Notes under the pieces: generated by a model
What the model was told of the DNA's origin: nothing
Database searches by the model: none
What the model saw: the letters and a program-made list of their open reading frames with translations, nothing else
DNA from: Macrostomum hystrix
Lineage: Eukaryota; Animalia; Platyhelminthes
DNA: 64,000 nucleotides
Direction of reading: 5' to 3'
NCBI GenBank assembly: GCA_950097015.1
Contig: CATNEN010000034.1
Location: 4,340,001-4,404,000 of the forward strand
Made by a program: the position numbers and the translations under genes
Shown here: in pieces, positions 11,216-23,500 of the stretch
How positions within the stretch are numbered: the first letter of the stretch is position 1
How the letters are laid out: each line of letters begins with the position of its first letter

Positions 11216-12699
11216 ATTATTCAATAGACAAGATTTGTGAGTTGGGAAAATTATGGAATTGAAAAGATTGTGGCGCACCGTATTATATATTGTTATATTA
11301 TATTTTGTGGGACGATTTTAGAGTTTGTCCAATTGCCAAGGTGCTGTAGGCCGAGATGGCCAATGGCTGCTCCAGTGCTTGCAATAATTGAAACGCTAGT
11401 CTGTGCCACATGGCATGTCAACAGTGCGTTTAAGTACGCACTGTTCACAATGAAGCATTGTTTCTGCATTGACTCTCTAGGCCATTGTAGTGGTCAGTTC
11501 CTGCCAACTAACGCAGAACTGCCTAGCTATCAATCAAAAACAGCACAGACTTGAGTTGTAGCTCGTAACGTCAATCAAATGTCGTTAGAGGCCTACCTTG
11601 ATAATCTGATATGATTGCCCACTTTTATTTGCCCCTAGGGGGGGGGCAGCTGGGGGTCGGACTAGACTAATTGGCCCCAAAAACTACCAATGGCCAAGCA
11701 GAAAAAAAAATGCAAAAGCAGCAGACCCATTGTGATCCGTTTCTCTCGGTGCTTTCAAAATAGCCAACTCCTTCACAGCAAAAAAATAAGCATTCTGTTC
11801 TGGTCAACGAGGCCTGTTTGCCAATGGACATTGGAGCACTTTAGACAGAGGGAGAACCTTGCTCTCTTCCCGCAGATTTTGCACCAGATTGGAAGCTGCC
11901 GCCGCTGCTGCTGCTGCTGCATCGTGGCTCCTTAACCACTCTCTAGCAAGAGACTGGAATGTTTTACGGTCCGGAAAACACGGCCCCAATGGCCCCTCTC
12001 TCTCCCTATCTTAGATAACCAGCTGTCAATCAGCATCAGCAGCTGTCAAAGCTGAAGGACGGGTGGGTAATACGGTACAAAATCCCATCTCTTCCTAGAG
12101 ATGAAAGCCTTAAGGGGTATTGGCACAGACAGCGAGTGTTTGTGCCAACGGATTTAACGGAGAGAGCTTTCAACGCATCCCCAGTTCATGCTAGTTGATG
12201 GATTGCGTTGAATCACAGGGCGCACGCACACACACACTGATGAATCCTATCACACACATGAATAGGCCAGAGTGTTAGTGCCCAGAGCTTGGTAGATAAG
12301 GCCTGAAAGCTCATCAACAACCTCTTGACTCACGACTCACAGATTAAGCACGCTCAGTTGGCTATCTATCTTATCTGATGGATGAAATTGAAAATTCTCA
12401 GCCAGTGCTTCTCCATCTCATCAATCAAGACCTGGTTTCACACTTGCGCAACTACTCATCTCCACCGCCTTCAGGCGAAGGCCTGCGTTGAGCTGAGCGG
12501 AACCAAGGCATTTCCCTGCTCGAGGCCAATGTGTGATTAGTATATTATTCTCTACACATTCTAAGGAAAAATGAGGCTCATAGACAGATTAGGAAAGAGT
12601 TTGGGACTTTTGGACTCTCTAATAATGAGATTTGGGATTTTCAGATAGTTTTAGGAATTATTTTGGGACGTTTTTGGGAGTTTTTGGTACTTTCGGTCA

Positions 12700-15600
12700 G
12701 TTTAGGGGAGAGTTTAGTGGCTTTCGGTCAGTTTAGGGAAGAGTTTAGTGACTTTCGGACAGTTTAGGGAAGAGTTTAGTGACTTTCGGACAGTTTAGGG
12801 AAGAGTTTAGTGACTTTCGGTCAGTTTAGGGAAGAGTTTAGTGACTTTCGGTCAGTTTAGGGAAGAGTTTAGTGACTTTCGGACAGTTTAGGGAAGAGTT
12901 TAGTGACTTTCGGTCAGTTTAGGGAAGAGTTTAGTGACTTTCGGACAGTTTAGGGAAGAGTTTAGTGACTTTCGGACAGTTTAGGGAAGAGTTTAGTGGC
13001 TTTCGGTCAGTTTAGGGAAGAGTTTAGTGACTTTCGGTCAGTTTAGGGAAGAGTTTAGTGGCTTTCGGACAGTTTAGGGAAGAGTTTAGTGACTTTCGGT
13101 CAGTTTAGGGAAGAGTTTAGTGACTTTCGGTCAGTTTAGGGAAGAGTTTAGTGACTTTCGGATAGTTTAGGGAAGAGTTTAGTGACTTTCGGTCAGTTTA
13201 GGGAAGAGTTTAGTGACTTTTGGTCAGTTTAGGGAAGAGTTTAGTGACTTTCGGACAGTTTAGGGAAGAGTTTAGTGGCTTTCGGTCAGTTTAGGGAAGA
13301 GTTTAGTGACTTTCGGTCAGTTTAGGGAAGAGTTTAGTGACTTTCGGTCAGTTTAGGGAAGAGTTTAGTGACTTTCGGTCAGTTTAGGGAAGAGTTTAGT
13401 GGCTTTCGGTCAGTTTAGGGAAGAGTTTAGTGACTTTCGGACAGTTTAGGGAAGAGTTTAGTGGCTTTCGATCAGTTTAGGGAAGAGTTTAGTGACTTTC
13501 GGACAGTTTAAGGAAGAGTTTAGTGGCTTTCGGTCAGTTTAGGGAAGAGTTTAGTGACTTTCGGACAGTTTAGGGAAGAGTTTAGTGACTTTCGGACAGT
13601 TTAGGGAAGAGTTTAGTGACTTTCGGTCAGTTTAGGGAAGAGTTTAGTGGCTTTCGGTCAGTTTAGGGAAGAGTTTAGTGACTTTCGGTCAGTTTAGGGA
13701 AGAGTTTAGTGACTTTCGGACAGTTTAGGGAAGAGTTTAGTGGCTTTCGGTCAGTTTAGGGAAGAGTTTAGTGACTTTCGGACAGTTTAGGGAAGAGTTT
13801 AGTGGCTTTCGGTCAGTTTAGGGAAGAGTTTAGTGACTTTCGGTCAGTTTAGGGAAGAGTTTAGTGGCTTTCGGTCAGTTTAGGGAAGAGTTTAGTGACT
13901 TTCGGTCAGTTTAGGGAAGAGTTTAGTGACTTTCGGTCAGTTTAGGGAAGAGTTTAGTGACTTTCGGATAGTTTAGGGAAGAGTTTAGTGGCTTTCGGTC
14001 AGTTTAGGGAAGAGTTTAGTGGCTTTCGGTCAGTTTAGGGAAGAGTTTAGTGACTTTCGGACAGTTTAGGGAAGAGTTTAGTGGCTTTCGGTCAGTTTAG
14101 GGAAGAGTTTAGTGACTTTCGGTCAGTTTAGGGAAGAGTTTAGTGACTTTCGGTCAGTTTAGGGAAGAGTTTAGTGACTTTCGGTCAGTTTAGGGAAGAG
14201 TTTAGTGGCTTTCGGTCAGTTTAGGGAAGAGTTTAGTGACTTTCGGACAGTTTAGGGAAGAGTTTAGTGGCTTTCGATCAGTTTAGGGAAGAGTTTAGTG
14301 ACTTTCGGACAGTTTAAGGAAGAGTTTAGTGGCTTTCGGTCAGTTTAGGGAAGAGTTTAGTGACTTTCGGACAGTTTAGGGAAGAGTTTAGTGACTTTCG
14401 GACAGTTTAGGGAAGAGTTTAGTGACTTTCGGTCAGTTTAGGGAAGAGTTTAGTGACTTTCGGTCAGTTTAGGGAAGAGTTTAGTGACTTTCGGTCAGTT
14501 TAGGGAAGAGTTTAGTGGCTTTCGGTAAGTTTAGGGAAGAGTTTAGTGACTTTCGGTAAGTTTAGGGAAGAGTTTAGTGACTTTCGGTCAGTTTAGGGAA
14601 GAGTTTAGTGACTTTCGGACAGTTTAGGGAAGAGTTTAGTGGCTTTCGGACAGTTTAGGGAAGAGTTTAGTGACTTTCGGTCAGTTTAGGGAAGAGTTTA
14701 GTGACTTTCGGTCAGTTTAGGGAAGAGTTTAGTGACTTTCGGTCAGTTTAGGGAAGAGTTTAGTGACTTTCGGTCAGTTTAGGGAAGAGTTTAGTGGCTT
14801 TCGGTCAGTTTAGGGAAGAGTTTAGTGGCTTTCGGTCAGTTTAGGGAAGAGTTTAGTGGCTTTCGGACAGTTTAGGGAAGAGTTTAGTGACTTTCGGATA
14901 GTTTAGGGAAGAGTTTAGTGGCTTTCGGTCAGTTTAGGGAAGAGTTTAGTGGCTTTCGGACAGTTTAGGGAAGAGTTTAGTGACTTTCGGATAGTTTAGG
15001 GAAGAGTTTAGTGGCTTTCGGTCAGTTTAGGGAAGAGTTTAGTGACTTTCGGTCAGTTTAGGGAAGAGTTTAGTGGCCTTCGGTCAGTTTAGGGAAGAGT
15101 TTAGTGGCTTTCGGTCAGTTTAGGGAAGAGTTTAGTGGCTTTCGGTCAGTTTAGGGAAGAGTTTAGTGACTTTCGGTCAGTTTAGGGAAGAGTTTAGTGG
15201 CCTTCGGTCAGTTTAGGGAAGAGTTTAGTGGCCTTCGGTCAGTTTAGGGAAGAGTTTAGTGGCTTTCGGACAGTTTAGGGAAGAGTTTAGTGGCTTTCGG
15301 TCAGTTTAGGGAAGAGTTTAGTGACTTTCGGTCAGTTTAGGGAAGAGTTTAGTGACTTTCGGTCAGTTTAGGGAAGAGTTTAGTGGCTTTCGGTCAGTTT
15401 AGGGAAGAGTTTAGTGACTTTCGGTCAGTTTAGGGAAGAGTTTAGTGACTTTCGGACAGTTTAGGGAAGAGTTTAGTGACTTTCGGACAGTTTAGGGAAG
15501 AGTTTAGTGACTTTCGGTCAGTTTAGGGAAGAGTTTAGTGACTTTCGGACAGTTTAGGGAAGAGTTTAGTGGCTTTCGGTCAGTTTAAGGAAGAGTTTAG

Positions 15601-18600
15601 TGACTTTCGGATAGTTTAGGGAAGAGTTTAGTGGCTTTCGGTCAGTTTAGGGAAGAGTTTAGTGGCTTTCGGATAGTTTAGGGAAGAGTTTAGTGACTTT
15701 CGGATAGTTTAGGGAAGAGTTTAGTGGCTTTCGGACAGTTTAGGGAAGAGTTTAGTGACTTTCGGATAGTTTAGGGAAGAGTTTAGTGGCTTTCGGTCAG
15801 TTTAGGGAAGAGTTTAGTGGCTTTCGGACAGTTTAGGGAAGAGTTTAGTGACTTTCGGACAGTTTAGGGAAGAGTTTAGTGACTTTCGGTCAGTTTAGGG
15901 AAGAGTTTAGTGGCTTTCGGACAGTTTAGGGAAGAGTTTAGTGACTTTCGGACAGTTTAGGGAAGAGTTTAGTGGCTTTCGGTCAGTTTAGGGAAGAGTT
16001 TAGTGGCTTTCGGTCAGTTTAGGGAAGAGTTTAGTGACTTTCGGACAGTTTAGGGAAGAGTTTAGTGACTTTCGGTCAGTTTAGGGAAGAGTTTAGTGGC
16101 TTTCGGTCAGTTTAGGGAAGAGTTTAGTGACTTTCGGATAGTTTAGGGAAGAGTTTAGTGGCTTTCGGACAGTTTAGGGAAGAGTTTAGTGACTTTCGGA
16201 CAGTTTAGGGAAGAGTTTAGGGACTTTCGGACAGTTTAGGGAAGAGTTTAGTGGCTTTCGGTCAGTTTAGGGAAGAGTTTAGTGGCTTTCGGACAGTTTA
16301 GGGAAGAGTTTAGTGACTTTCGGACAGTTTAGGGAAAAGTTTAGTGACTTTCGGACAGTTTAGGGAAGAGTTTAGTGACTTTCGGTCAGTTTAGGGAAGA
16401 GTTTAGTGGCTTTCGGACAGTTTAGGGAAGAGTTTAGTGGCTTTCGGACAGTTTAGGGAAGAGTTTAGTGACTTTCGGTCAGTTTAGGGAAGAGTTTAGT
16501 GACTTTCGGACAGTTTAGGGAAGAGTTTAGTGACTTTCAGTCAGTTTAGGGAAGAGTTTAGTGGCTTTCGGACAGTTTAGGGAAGAGTTTAGTGACTTTC
16601 GGACAGTTTAGGGAAGAGTTTAGTGACTTTCGGACAGTTTAGGGAAGAGTTTAGTGACTTTCGGTCAGTTTAGGGAAGAGTTTAGTGACTTTCGGACAGT
16701 TTAGGGAAGAGTTTAGTGACTTTCGGTCAGTTTAGGGAAGAGTTTAGTGACTTTCGGTCAGTTTAGGGAAGAGTTTAGTGGCTTTCGGACAGTTTAGGGA
16801 AGAGTTTAGTGACTTTCGGACAGTTTAGGGAAGAGTTTAGTGACTTTCGGACAGTTTAGGGAAGAGTTTAGTGACTTTCGGACAGTTTAGGGAAGAGTTT
16901 AGTGACTTTCGGACAGTTTAGGGAAGAGTTTAGTGACTTTCGGTCAGTTTAGGGAAGAGTTTAGTGGCTTTCGGACAGTTTAGGGAAGAGTTTAGTGGCT
17001 TTCGGACAGTTTAGGGAAGAGTTTAGTGACTTTCGGTCAGTTTAGGGAAGAGTTTAGTGGCTTTCGGACAGTTTAGGGAAGAGTTTAGTGACTTTCAGTC
17101 AGTTTAGGGAAGAGTTTAGTGGCTTTCGGACAGTTTAGGGAAGAGTTTAGTGACTTTCGGACAGTTTAGGGAAGAGTTTAGTGACTTTCGGACAGTTTAG
17201 GGAAGAGTTTAGTGGCTTTCGGACAGTTTAGGGAAGAGTTTAGTGACTTTCGGACAGTTTAGGGAAGAGTTTAGTGGCTTTCGGACAGTTTAGGGAAGAG
17301 TTTAGTGGCTTTCGGACAGTTTAGGGAAGAGTTTAGTGACTTTCGGTCAGTTTAGGGAAGAGTTTAGTGACTTTCGGTCAGTTTAGGGAAGAGTTTAGTG
17401 ACTTTCGGTCAGTTTAGGGAAGAGTTTAGTGGCTTTCGGTCAGTTTAGGGAAGAGTTTAGTGACTTTCGGTCAGTTTAGGGAAGAGTTTAGTGACTTTCG
17501 GACAGTTTAGGGAAGAGTTTAGTGACTTTCGGACAGTTTAGGGAAGAGTTTAGTGACTTTCGGTCAGTTTAGGGAAGAGTTTAGTGACTTTCGGACAGTT
17601 TAGGGAAGAGTTTAGTGGCTTTCGGTCAGTTTAAGGAAGAGTTTAGTGACTTTCGGATAGTTTAGGGAAGAGTTTAGTGGCTTTCGGTCAGTTTAGGGAA
17701 GAGTTTAGTGGCTTTCGGATAGTTTAGGGAAGAGTTTAGTGACTTTCGGATAGTTTAGGGAAGAGTTTAGTGGCTTTCGGACAGTTTAGGGAAGAGTTTA
17801 GTGACTTTCGGATAGTTTAGGGAAGAGTTTAGTGGCTTTCGGTCAGTTTAGGGAAGAGTTTAGTGGCTTTCGGACAGTTTAGGGAAGAGTTTAGTGACTT
17901 TCGGACAGTTTAGGGAAGAGTTTAGTGACTTTCGGTCAGTTTAGGGAAGAGTTTAGTGGCTTTCGGACAGTTTAGGGAAGAGTTTAGTGACTTTCGGACA
18001 GTTTAGGGAAGAGTTTAGTGGCTTTCGGTCAGTTTAGGGAAGAGTTTAGTGGCTTTCGGTCAGTTTAGGGAAGAGTTTAGTGACTTTCGGACAGTTTAGG
18101 GAAGAGTTTAGTGACTTTCGGTCAGTTTAGGGAAGAGTTTAGTGGCTTTCGGTCAGTTTAGGGAAGAGTTTAGTGACTTTCGGATAGTTTAGGGAAGAGT
18201 TTAGTGGCTTTCGGACAGTTTAGGGAAGAGTTTAGTGACTTTCGGACAGTTTAGGGAAGAGTTTAGGGACTTTCGGACAGTTTAGGGAAGAGTTTAGTGG
18301 CTTTCGGTCAGTTTAGGGAAGAGTTTAGTGGCTTTCGGACAGTTTAGGGAAGAGTTTAGTGACTTTCGGACAGTTTAGGGAAAAGTTTAGTGACTTTCGG
18401 ACAGTTTAGGGAAGAGTTTAGTGACTTTCGGTCAGTTTAGGGAAGAGTTTAGTGGCTTTCGGACAGTTTAGGGAAGAGTTTAGTGGCTTTCGGACAGTTT
18501 AGGGAAGAGTTTAGTGACTTTCGGTCAGTTTAGGGAAGAGTTTAGTGACTTTCGGACAGTTTAGGGAAGAGTTTAGTGACTTTCAGTCAGTTTAGGGAAG

Positions 18601-19560
18601 AGTTTAGTGGCTTTCGGACAGTTTAGGGAAGAGTTTAGTGACTTTCGGACAGTTTAGGGAAGAGTTTAGTGACTTTCGGACAGTTTAGGGAAGAGTTTAG
18701 TGACTTTCGGTCAGTTTAGGGAAGAGTTTAGTGACTTTCGGACAGTTTAGGGAAGAGTTTAGTGACTTTCGGTCAGTTTAGGGAAGAGTTTAGTGACTTT
18801 CGGTCAGTTTAGGGAAGAGTTTAGTGGCTTTCGGACAGTTTAGGGAAGAGTTTAGTGACTTTCGGACAGTTTAGGGAAGAGTTTAGTGACTTTCGGACAG
18901 TTTAGGGAAGAGTTTAGTGACTTTCGGACAGTTTAGGGAAGAGTTTAGTGACTTTCGGACAGTTTAGGGAAGAGTTTAGTGACTTTCGGTCAGTTTAGGG
19001 AAGAGTTTAGTGGCTTTCGGACAGTTTAGGGAAGAGTTTAGTGGCTTTCGGACAGTTTAGGGAAGAGTTTAGTGACTTTCGGTCAGTTTAGGGAAGAGTT
19101 TAGTGGCTTTCGGACAGTTTAGGGAAGAGTTTAGTGACTTTCAGTCAGTTTAGGGAAGAGTTTAGTGGCTTTCGGACAGTTTAGGGAAGAGTTTAGTGAC
19201 TTTCGGACAGTTTAGGGAAGAGTTTAGTGACTTTCGGACAGTTTAGGGAAGAGTTTAGTGACTTTCGGTCAGTTTAGGGAAGAGTTTAGTGACTTTCGGA
19301 CAGTTTAGGGAAGAGTTTAGTGACTTTCGGACAGTTTAGGGAAGAGTTTAGTGACTTTCGGACAGTTTAGGGAAGAGTTTAGTGACTTTCGGACAGTTTA
19401 GGGAAGAGTTTAGTGACTTTCGGACAGTTTAGGGAAGAGTTTAGTGGCTTTCGGTCAGTTTAGGGAAGAGTTTAGTGACTTTCGGACAGTTTAGGGAAGA
19501 GTTTAGTGACTTTCGGACAGTTTAGGGGAGAGTTTAGTGGCTTTCGAACAGTTTAGGGGA
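12700..19560. repeat. 31-bp satellite GTTTAGGGAAGAGTTTAGTGACTTTCGGWCA with higher-order structure
   Basis: About 220 copies with no spacers. Rare variants recur at 806, 558 and 2046 bp offsets. Confidence 0.98.
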
Positions 19561-19925
19561 GTGTTTAATGTTTTTTTAAGCACTTTTTGGGACTTTTGGG
19601 CAGTTTAAGGAAGAACTGTGGGCTTACAGGCGAAAACATCTGAATTAGTTTTTTGCGCATTGTCGATTGTATTTCAGTTTAGCGGTGAAGTCCCATTTAG
19701 GAAATGAAGAGTGTGACTGGCACAGTGATACGCAAACGCATTCTTGATTCCCAGCTTGCAGATCGTAGTCGATTTGCATATCAATACCTTGTGGTGCTAC
19801 TAGTGCAGTTTGAGTGGGTGCGAATCTTACACTCTGTGCGCCAGCCGAGAGACTAACGAAATTCTTGAAAGAAAACACGCTATTTTTTTCTTCCGATTTT
19901 GTTTTAAATACACCCGATTACACCC

Positions 19926-20245
19926 CATTCAGTCCAGTCCAGTCCACTCCACTCCACTCCGCTCCACTCCACTCCACTCTACTCTACTCCACTCCACTCC
20001 AGTCCACTCCACTCCACTCCACTCCACTCCACTCCACTCCACTCCACTCCACTCCACTCCACTCCAGTCCACTCCACTCCACTCCACTCCACTCCACTCC
20101 ACTCTACTCCAGTCCACTCTAATCCACTCCGCTCCACTCCACTCTACTCCACTCTACTCCATTCACACTGCACTCCAGTCCACTCCACTCTACTCCATTC
20201 ACACTGCACTCCAGTCCACTCCACTCCACTCCATTCACACTGCAC
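19926..20245. repeat. (CCACT)n pentanucleotide repeat
   Basis: Direct tandem array. Confidence 0.95.
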
Positions 20246-20568
20246 TCGAAAAGCGTATCAGAGTTGAATAAAAGTTTTTCTAGAACCACTTAGTAAAGCG
20301 GTTTTATCTTCAAACGCTACTTAGTTAGAACAGTAGTATTTTGCACACGTTTCTAAACTGATCGGCCAACACTGATCAAACATATACTCAACTGAGCCTG
20401 TGTTTGACAACAGTCTATTTACCTTCTGTTTCTGCCAAGAAAGTTATAAAGAAGCAATGCTTGATTGATTCCTTTTAATTCCTCTGCGAGCAGAAAGTTG
20501 AGAGTCAGTGAGATCACTAGCAGTGGCACCTGCTCTGTTAAGCTTATCAGGAAACTACAGAAGTCGAA

Positions 20569-23500
20569 ATGCTGCTTTTATTTGCTAGCCTCCTTGTACT
20601 GGCGCATTGTAACGAGGTGAGTTGGAACTTGGGGAAACCAGTCAATAAATCTTAGGCTGAATATTCAACTCCAGTTATCCACGCAAAACAGCCCACACCT
20701 ATCTTCTTATGAGTGAATATCCTATTTTCGATTATCCCAAACTGAATATCCCATTTTTAATTATCCCGCACCGAATATCGAAGTTTCAATTATTCCGCAC
20801 CGTATATCCCATTTTCAATTATCCCGCACCGAATATCCCAGTTTCAATTATCCCGCACCGAATATCCCAGTTTCAATTATCCCGCACCGAATATCCCATT
20901 TTCAATTATCCCGCACCGAATATCCCAGTTTCAATTATCCCGCACCGAATATCCCAGTTTCAATTATCCCGCACCGAATATCCCAGTTTCAATTATCCCG
21001 CACCGAATATCCCAGTTTCAATTATCCCGCACCGAATATCCCATTTTCAATTATCCCGCACCGAATGTCCCATTTTCAATTATCCCGCACCGAATATCCC
21101 AGTTTCAATTATCCCGCACCGAATATCCCAGTTTCAATTATCCCGCACCGAATATCCCAGTTTCAATTATCCCGCACCGAATATCCCATTTTCAATTATC
21201 CCGCACCGAATATCCCAATTTCAATTATCCCGCACCGAATATCGAAGTTTCAATTATCCCGCACCGAATATCCCAGTTTCAATTATCCCGCACCGAATAT
21301 CCCAGTTTCAATTATCCCGCACCGAATATCCCATTTTCAATTATCCCGCACCGAATATCCCAATTTCAATTATCCCGCACCGAATATGGAAGTTTCAATT
21401 ATCCCGCACCGAATATCCCAGTTTCAATTATCCCGCACCGAATATCCCAGTTTCAATTATCCCGCACCGAATATCCCAGTTTCAATTATCCCGCACCGAA
21501 TATCCCAGTTTCAATTATCCCGCACCGAATATCCCAGTTTCAATTATCCCGCACCGAATATCCCATTTTCAATTATCCCGCACCGAATATCCCAGTTTCA
21601 ATTATCCCGCACCGAATATCCCAGTTTCAATTATCCCGCACCGAATATCCCAGTTTCAATTATCCCGCACCGAATATCCCAGTTTCAATTATCCCGCACC
21701 GAATATCCCATTTTCAATTATCCCGCACCGAATGTCCCATTTTCAATTATCCCGCACCGAATATCCCAGTTTCAATTATCCCGCACCGAATATCCCAGTT
21801 TCAATTATCCCGCACCGAATATCCCAGTTTCAATTATCCCGCACCGAATATCGAAGTTTCAATTATCCCGCACCGAATATCCCAATTTCAATTATCCCGC
21901 ACCGAATATCGAAGTTTCAATTATCCCGCACCGAATATCCCAGTTTCAATTATCCCGCACCGAATATCCCAGTTTCAATTATCCCGCACCGAATATCCCA
22001 TTTTCAATTATCCCGCACCGAATATCCCAGTTTCAATTATCCCGCACCGAATATCCCAGTTTCAATTATCCCGCACCGAATATCCCAGTTTCAATTATCC
22101 CGCACCGAATATCCCAGTTTCAATTATCCCGCACCGAATATCCCAGTTTCAATTATCCCGCACCGAATATCCCAGTTTCAATTATCCCGCACCGAATATC
22201 CCAGTTTCAATTATCCCGCACCGAATATCCCAGTTTCAATTATCCTGCACCGAATATCCCATTTTCAATTATCCCGCACTGAATATCCGAGTTTCAATTA
22301 TCCCGCACCGAATATCCTAGTTTCAATTATCCCGCACCGAATATCCCAGTTTCAATTATCCCGCACCGAATATCCCAGTTTCAATTATCCCGCACCGAAT
22401 ATCCCAGTTTCAATTATCCCGCACCGAATATCCCAGTTTCAATTATCCCGCACCGAATATCCCAGTTTCAATTATCCCGCACCGAATATCCCATTTTCAA
22501 TTATCCCGCACTGAATATCCGAGTTTCAATTATCCCGCACCGAATATCCTAGTTTCAATTATCCCGCACCGAATATCCCAGTTTCAATTATCCCGCACCG
22601 AATATCCCAGTTTCAATCCGAAATCAATATCGCGATTCAAAATTCGACACATTAGTTATGCTAAGCCGAATCCCACGATGAAATATTTCTCACTAAACAT
22701 TCTAAGCCAAATGTCCTATGCCTGTAAATCCATATTGCATGCAGCACATCTGGGTGGCCCAAATTGACGGAGGCAGTCAGGTGGCTCAGTGGGTCGCCGA
22801 CGCCCACGGACTAATTAACGACGGGCAGGTGAGTTGAGCGCTGAAATCGTGGAATCGGAAAGAATATGGAATTGGGAAGAATATGGAATTGGGAAGAATA
22901 TGGAATTGGGAAGATTGTGAAACTGGGAAGATTGTGGAATTCGGAAGATTGTGGATTTTGGGAAGATTGTGGAATTGGGAAGATTGTGAAACTGGGAAGA
23001 TTGTGGAATTTGGAAGATTGTGGAATTGGGGAGAATATGGAATTGGGAAGATTGAAAAATTAGGAAGATTTTGGAATTGGGAGTAATATAAAATTTATTT
23101 GGAGTTTAGCAGTAGCGGTTTCACTCTACTTTCAGTAGTATGGTAACGGACATGAATGCTAATTTCAGATAATCTTATCAGAAATTATCTCTTGATTACT
23201 CCAGAATTCCGAATTTCATAATTATTTCAGATACCTTATCTAAATAACAAGTACGTGTTCCGCCTGCCCAGTCTTCGAATCACCAACCAGAGCTCGGCCT
23301 TGAGTTTACTCGAAGCTGCCATAGTCCGGGCGCGGCAGGGCGAAGTCAACAACAGTTTGTTGCAGCATCCGGAAGTGGCATGGGTGTCTTATCAGACGGG
23401 GCGCAAGAGAACGAAAAGAGACATATTGGAGTTTAATGAGGTCAGCGTCTGTGACTCTGGGATCTATAATTATAATTGCTGGAGGGCTGTTGGCAAGGGC

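Noticed and set aside
12120-12220. H/ACA snoRNA (two hairpins then ACA)
   Set aside because: There is no ANANNA H box in the hinge, and the hairpins lack pseudouridylation pockets.
12700-19560. CRISPR-like array of 31-bp repeats
   Set aside because: The units are directly adjacent with no unique spacers, there are no cas genes, and the context is eukaryotic.
20709-22514. 601-aa and 405-aa ORFs
   Set aside because: They are a 29-bp repeat inside convertase intron 1, flanked by good splice sites.
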